From Eledone cirrhosa (taxonomy: Eukaryota): a stretch of DNA of 64,000 nucleotides. The notes under the pieces were generated by a model, which did no database searches, had not been told where the DNA came from, and saw only the letters and a program-made list of their open reading frames with translations. The DNA lies in NCBI GenBank assembly GCA_964016885.1, contig OZ024741.1, forward strand, positions 1,612,001 to 1,676,000. The letters are read 5' to 3'. Below, one piece after another: positions 57,950-64,000 of this stretch; position 1 is the first letter of the stretch, and each line of letters begins with the position of its first letter. The position numbers were made by a program, and so were the translations under genes.

Positions 57950-60900
57950 CATATACAGCTACCAGAACAATGGCTGCCATATACAGCTACCAGAACACTG
58001 GCTGCCATATACAGCTACCAGAACAATGGTTGCCCTATACAGCTACCAGAATACTGGCTGCCATATACAGCTACCAGAACACTAGCTGCCATATACAGCT
58101 ACCAAAGCACTGGCTGCCATATACAGCTACCAGAACACTGGCTGCCATATACAGCTACCAGAACAATGGCTGCCATATACAGCTACCAGAACATTGGCTG
58201 CCATATACAGTTACCAGAACAATGGCTGCCATATACAGCTACCAGAACACTGGCTGCCATATACAGCTACCAGAACACTGGCTGCGATATATAGCTACCA
58301 GAACACTGGCTGCCATATACAGCTACCAGAACACTGTTTGCCATATACAGCTGCCAGAACAATGGCTGCCATATACAGCTACCAGAACACAGGCTGCCAT
58401 ATACAGCTACCAGAACACTGTTTGCCATATACAGCTACCAGAACAATGGCTGCCATATACAGCTACCAGAACACTGGCTGCCACATACAGCTACCAGAAC
58501 ACTGGCTGCCACATACAGCTATTAGAACACTGGCTGCCATATACGGCTACCAGAACACTGGCTGCCATATACAGCTACCAGAACAATGGCTGCCCTATAC
58601 AGCTACCAGAACACTGGCTGCCATATACAGCTACCAGAACACTGGCTGTCATATACAGCTATTAGAACACTGGCTGCCATATACGGCTACCAGAATAATG
58701 GCTGCCATATACAGCTACCAGAACACTGGCTGCCATATACAGATACCAGAACACTGTTTGCGATATACAGCTATCAGAACAATGGCTGCCATATACAGCT
58801 ACCAGAACACTGGCTGCCATATACAGCTACCAGAACACTGGCTGCCATATACAGCTACCAGAACACTGGCTGCCATATACAGGTACCAGAACAATGGCTG
58901 CCATATACAGTTACCAGAACACTGGCTGCCATATACAGCTACCAGAACACTGGCTGCCATATACAGCTACCAGAACACTGGCTGCCATATACAGCTACAA
59001 GTACACTGGCTGCCATATAGAGCTACCAGAACACTGGCTGCCATATACAGCTACCAGATCAATGGCTGCCATATACAGCTACCAGAACAATGGCTGCCAT
59101 ATACAGCTACCAGAAAACTCTTTGCAATATACAGCTACCAGAACAATAGCTGCCATATACAGCTACCAGAATACTGTCTGCCATATACAGCTACCAGAAC
59201 ACTGGCTGCCATATACAGCTACCAGAACACTGGCTGCCATATACAGCTACCAGAACACTGGCTGCCATATACAGCTACCAGAACACTGGCTGCCATATAC
59301 AGCTACCAGAATAATGGCTGCCATATACAGCTACCAGAACACTGGCTGCCATATACAGATACCAGAACACTGTTTGCGATATACAGCTATCAGAACAATG
59401 GCTGCCATATACAGCTACCAGAACACTGGCTGCCATATACAGCTACCAGAACACTGGCTGCCATATACAGCTACAGAACACTGGCTGCCATATACAGGTA
59501 CCAGAACAATGGCTGCCATATACAGTTACCAGAACACTGGCTGCCATATACAGCTACCAGAACACTGGCTGCCATATACAGCTACCAGAACACTGGCTGC
59601 CATATACAGCTACAAGTACACTGGCTGCCATATAGAGCTACCAGAACACTGGCTGCCATATACAGCTACCAGATCAATGGCTGCCATATACAGCTACCAG
59701 AACAATGGCTGCCATATACAGCTACCAGAAAACTCTTTGCAATATACAGCTACCAGAACAATAGCTGCCATATACAGCTACCAGAATACTGTCTGCCATA
59801 TACAGCTACCAGAACACTGGCTGCCATATACAGCTACCAGAACACTGGCTGCCATATACAGCTACCAGAACACTGGCTGCCATATACAGCTACCAGAACA
59901 CTGGCTGCCATATACAGCTACCAGAACACTGGCTGCCATATACAGGTACCAGAACAATGGCTGCCATATAGAGTTACCAGAACACTGGCTGCCATATACA
60001 GCTACCAGAACACTGGCTGCCATATACCGCTACCAGAACACTGGCTGCCATATACAGCTACCAGAACACTGGCTGCCATATACAGCTACCAGAACATTGG
60101 CTGCCATATACATCTACTAGAACACTGGCTGCCATATACAGCTACCAGAACACTGGCTGCCATATACAGCTACAAGAACACTGGCTGCCATATACAGCTA
60201 CCAGAACAATGGCTGCCATATACAGCTACCAGAACATTCTTTGCCATATACAGCTACCAGAACAATAGCTGCCATATACAGCTACCAGAATACTGTCTGC
60301 CATATACAGCTACCAGAACACTGGCTGCCATATACAGCTACCAGAACACTGGCTGCCATATACAGCTACAAGAACACTGGCTGCCATATACAGCTACCAG
60401 AACAATGGCTGCCATATACAGCTACCAGAACAATGGCTGCCATATACAGCTACCAGAACACTGGCTGCCATATACAGCTACCAGAACACTGGCTGCCATA
60501 TACAGCTACCAGAACACTGGCTGCCATATACATCTACCAGAACAATGGCTGCCATATACAGCTACCAAAACAATGGCTGCCATATACAGCTACCAGAAGA
60601 ATGGCTGCCATATACAACTACCAGAACAATGGCTGCCATATACAGCTACCAGAACAATGGCTGCCATATACAGCTACCAGAACAAGAGCTGCCATATACA
60701 GCTATCAAAACACTGGCTGCCATATACAGCTACCAGAACACTGGCTGCCATATACAGCTACCAGAACACTGGCTGCCATATACAGCTACCAGAACAATGC
60801 CTGCCATATACAGCTACCATGGCTGCCATATACAGCTACCAGAAAGATGACTGCCATATACAGTTAGCAGAACACTGGATGCCATATACAGTTACCAGAA

Positions 60901-63900
60901 CAAAGGCTGCCATATACAGCTACCAGAACACTGGCTGCCATGTACAGCTACTAGAACAATGGCTGCCATATACAGCTACCACAACACTGGCTGCCATATA
61001 CAGCTACCAGAATACTGGCTGCCATATACAGCTACCAGAACACTGGCTGCCATATACAGCTACCAGAACAGTGGCTGCCATATACAGCTACCAGAACACT
61101 GTTTGCCATATACAGCTATCAGAACACTGGCTGCCATATACAGCTATCAGAACAATGGCTGCCATATACAGCTACCAGAACACTGGCTGCCATATACAGC
61201 TACAAGAACACTGGCTGCCATATACAGCTACCAGGACACTGGCTGCCATATACAGCTACCAGAACACTGGCTGCCATATACAGCTACCAGAACAATGGCT
61301 GGCATATACAGTTACCAGAACAATGGCTGCCATATACAGCTACCAGAACACTGGCTGCCATATACCGCTACCAGAACACTGGCTGCCATATACAGCTATC
61401 AGAACACTGGCTGCCATATACAGCTACCAGAACACTGGCTGCCATATACAGCTACCAGGACACTGGCTGCCATATACAGCTACCAGAACACTGGCTGCCA
61501 TATACTGCTACCAGAACAGTGGCTGCCATATACAGCTACCAGAACACTGTTAGCCATATAGAGCTACCAGAACAATGGCTGCCTTATACAGCTACCAGAA
61601 CACTGTCTGCCATATACACCTACCAGAACACTGGCTGCCATATACAGCTACCAGAACAATGGCTGCCATATACAGCTACCAGAACACTGGCTGCCATATA
61701 CAGATACCAGAACAATGGCTGCCATATACAGCTACCAGAATACTGGCTGCCATATACAGCTACCAGAACACTTGCTGCCATATACAGCTACCAGAACACT
61801 GGCTGCCATATACAGCTACCAGAACAATGGCTGCCATAGACAGCTACCAGAACAATGGCTGCCATATACAGTTACCAGAACAATGGCTGCCATATACAGC
61901 TACCAGAACACTGTTTGCCATATACAGCTACCAGAACAATGGCTGCCATATACAGCTACCAGATCACTGGCTGCCATATACAGCTACCAGAACACTGGCT
62001 GCCATATATAGCTACCAGAACAATGGCTGCCATATACAGCTACCAGAACAATGGCTGCCATATACAGCTACCAGAACACTGGTTGCCACATACTGCTATT
62101 AGAACACTGGCTGCCATATACGGCTACCAGAACACTGGCTGCCATATACAGCTACCAGAACAATGGCTGCCATATACAGCTACCAGAACACTGGCTGCCA
62201 TGTACAGCTACCAGAACACTGGCTGCCATATACAGCTACAAGAACAGTGGCTGCCATATACAGCTACCAGAACACTGTTAGCCATATAGAGCTACCAGAA
62301 CAATGGCTGCCTTATACAGCTACCAGAACACTGTCTGCCATATACAGCTACCAGAACACTGGCTGCAATATACCGCTACCAGAACAATGGCTGCCATATA
62401 CAGCTACCAGAACACTGGCTGCCATATACAGCTACCAGAACAATGGCTGCCATATACAGCTACCAGAATACTGGCTGCCATATACAGCTACCAGAACACT
62501 GGCTGCCATATACAGCTACCAGAACACTGGCTGCCATATACAGCTACCAGAACAATGGCTGCCATATACAGCTACCAGAACACTCTTTGCAATATACAGC
62601 TACCAGAACAATAGCTGCCATATACAGCTTCCAGAATACTGTCTGCCATATACAGCTACCAGAACACTGGCTGCCATATACAGCTACCAGAACACTGGCT
62701 GCCATATACAGCTACCAGAACACTGGCTGCCATATACAGCTGCCAGAACACTGGCTGCCATATACAGGTACCAGAACAATGGCTGCCATATACAGTTACC
62801 AGAACACTGGCCGCCATATACAGCTACCAGAACACTGGCTGCCATATACCGCTACCAGAACACTGGCTGCCATATACAGCTACCAGAACACTGGCTGCCA
62901 TATACAGCTACCAGAACATTGGCTGCCATATACATCTACTAGAACACTGGCTGCCATATACAGCTACCAGAACACTGGCTGCCATATACAGCTACAAGAA
63001 CACTGGCTGCCATATACAGCTAACAGAACAATGGCTGCCATATACAGCTACCAGAACATTCTTTGCCATATACAGCTACCAGTACAATAGCTGCCATATA
63101 CAGCTACCAGAATACTGTCTGCCATATACAGCTACCAGAACACTGGCTGCCATATACAGCTACCAGAACACTGGCTGCCATATACAGCTACAAGAACACT
63201 GGCTGCCATATACAGCTACCAGAACAATGGCTGCCATATACAGCTACCAGAACACTGGCTGCCATATACAGCTACCAGAACAATGGCTGCCATATACAGC
63301 TACCATGGCTGCCATATACAGCTACCAGAAAAATGACTGCCATATACAGTTACCAGAACACTGGATGCCATATACAGTTACCAGAACAAAGGCTGCCATA
63401 TACAGCTACCACAACACTGGCTGCCATGTACAGCTACTAGAACAATGGCTGCCATATACAGCTACCACAACACTGGCTGCCATATACAGCTACCAGAATA
63501 CTGGCTGCCATATACAGCTACCAGAACACTGGCTGCCATATACAGCTACCAGAACAGTGGCTGCCATATACAGCTACCAGAACACTGTTTGCCATATACA
63601 GCTATCAGAACACTGGCTGCCATATACAGCTATCAGAACAATGGCTGCCATATACAGCTACCAGAACACTGGCTGCCATATACAGCTACAAGAACACTGG
63701 CTGCCATATACAGCTACCAGGACACTGGCTGCCATATACAGCTACCAGAACACTGGCTGCCATATACAGCTACCAGAACAATGGCTGGCATATACAGTTA
63801 CCAGAACAATGGCTGCCATATACAGCTACCAGAACACTGGCTGCCATATACCGCTACCAGAACACTGGCTGCCATATACAGCTATCAGAACACTGGCTGC

Positions 63901-64000
63901 CATATACAGCTAACAGAACACTGGCTGCCACATACAGCTACCAGGACACTGGCTGCCATATACAGCTACCAGAACACTGGCTGCCATATACAGCTACCAG
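57950..64000. repeat. Higher-order unit C, third (partial, more diverged) copy
   Basis: Matches ~48650-54100 at +9306 and later +9893 (51066/60959, 51626/61519). It carries several private SNPs, e.g. aatgcctg ~60800, agaaagatga ~60845, cagcttcc ~62630. Confidence 0.88.
58690..59900. repeat. 616-bp (22-monomer) tandem duplication with a 1-bp deletion in the second copy
   Basis: agatacc at 58741/59357 (+616); aggtacc at 58881/59496 (+615); 'gctacagaac' at ~59474 lacks one C. Confidence 0.9.

Larger units (their letters stand above)
1..64000. repeat. 28-bp tandem satellite array, about 2290 monomers, consensus CAGAACA(C/A)TGGCTGCCATATACAGCTAC; runs off both window ends
   Basis: The monomer is readable from base 1 (cagaacactggctgccatatacagctac) to base 64000 with no spacer or inversion seen. 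Most monomers have 0-2 substitutions. 64000 + 20x6 + 3x1 = 64123 = 2290x28 + 3, which matches the terminal 'cag'. Confidence 0.99.

Noticed and set aside
1989-63305. In-frame nature of the 6-bp deletion as evidence of coding selection
   Set aside because: All 20 copies appear to derive from a single event, and frame is irrelevant because every frame encodes the same peptide.
64-63913. Roughly 200 overlapping + strand ORFs (up to 1119 aa) encoding a 28-aa His/Cys/Trp/Tyr-containing repeat
   Set aside because: The DNA period (28) is not a multiple of 3, and all three frames give the same peptide. There is no third-position bias, no unique N- or C-terminal domain, and stops fall wherever a variant creates one. 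These are translation artefacts of the satellite.
1-64000. CRISPR array (28-bp, partly palindromic repeat)
   Set aside because: The repeats abut directly with no unique spacers, no leader and no cas genes.
1-64000. Embedded transposon, gene fragment, inversion or unique island
   Set aside because: None seen on reading, and the monomer phase sum closes exactly with the 23 identified deletions. Only a monomer-multiple-length insert or compensating indels could hide.
1-64000. Telomeric repeat, or tRNA/5S/snRNA/spliced-leader gene array
   Set aside because: The unit is too short for an RNA gene and has no Pol III boxes. It lacks the G-run character of canonical telomere repeats, and multi-kb duplications of variant patterns point to recombination rather than telomerase synthesis.

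Overview
The whole 64-kb window is one uninterrupted head-to-tail tandem array (satellite/macro-minisatellite DNA) of a 28-bp monomer, consensus CAGAACA(C/A)TGGCTGCCATATACAGCTAC, all in one orientation. Phase bookkeeping closes exactly: 2290 monomers + 3 nt, minus twenty copies of one 6-bp deletion and three 1-bp deletions, equals 64,000. This leaves no net room for a foreign insertion. I see no genes, RNA genes, transposons, CRISPR spacers or unique sequence. The many + strand ORFs are artefacts: the + strand monomer has no stop triplet, and because 28 is not a multiple of 3, every frame yields the same 28-aa peptide. The real information is in the variant monomers. They reveal nested, near-identical higher-order duplications (about 3.4, 7.2, 10.2, 5.5 and 7.9 kb, plus 616, 112 and 28 bp) and a mosaic of shuffled variant cassettes. 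The architecture suggests a eukaryotic heterochromatic satellite (inference); host and family cannot be identified from this sequence. I found no support for a novel protein-coding or defence system.
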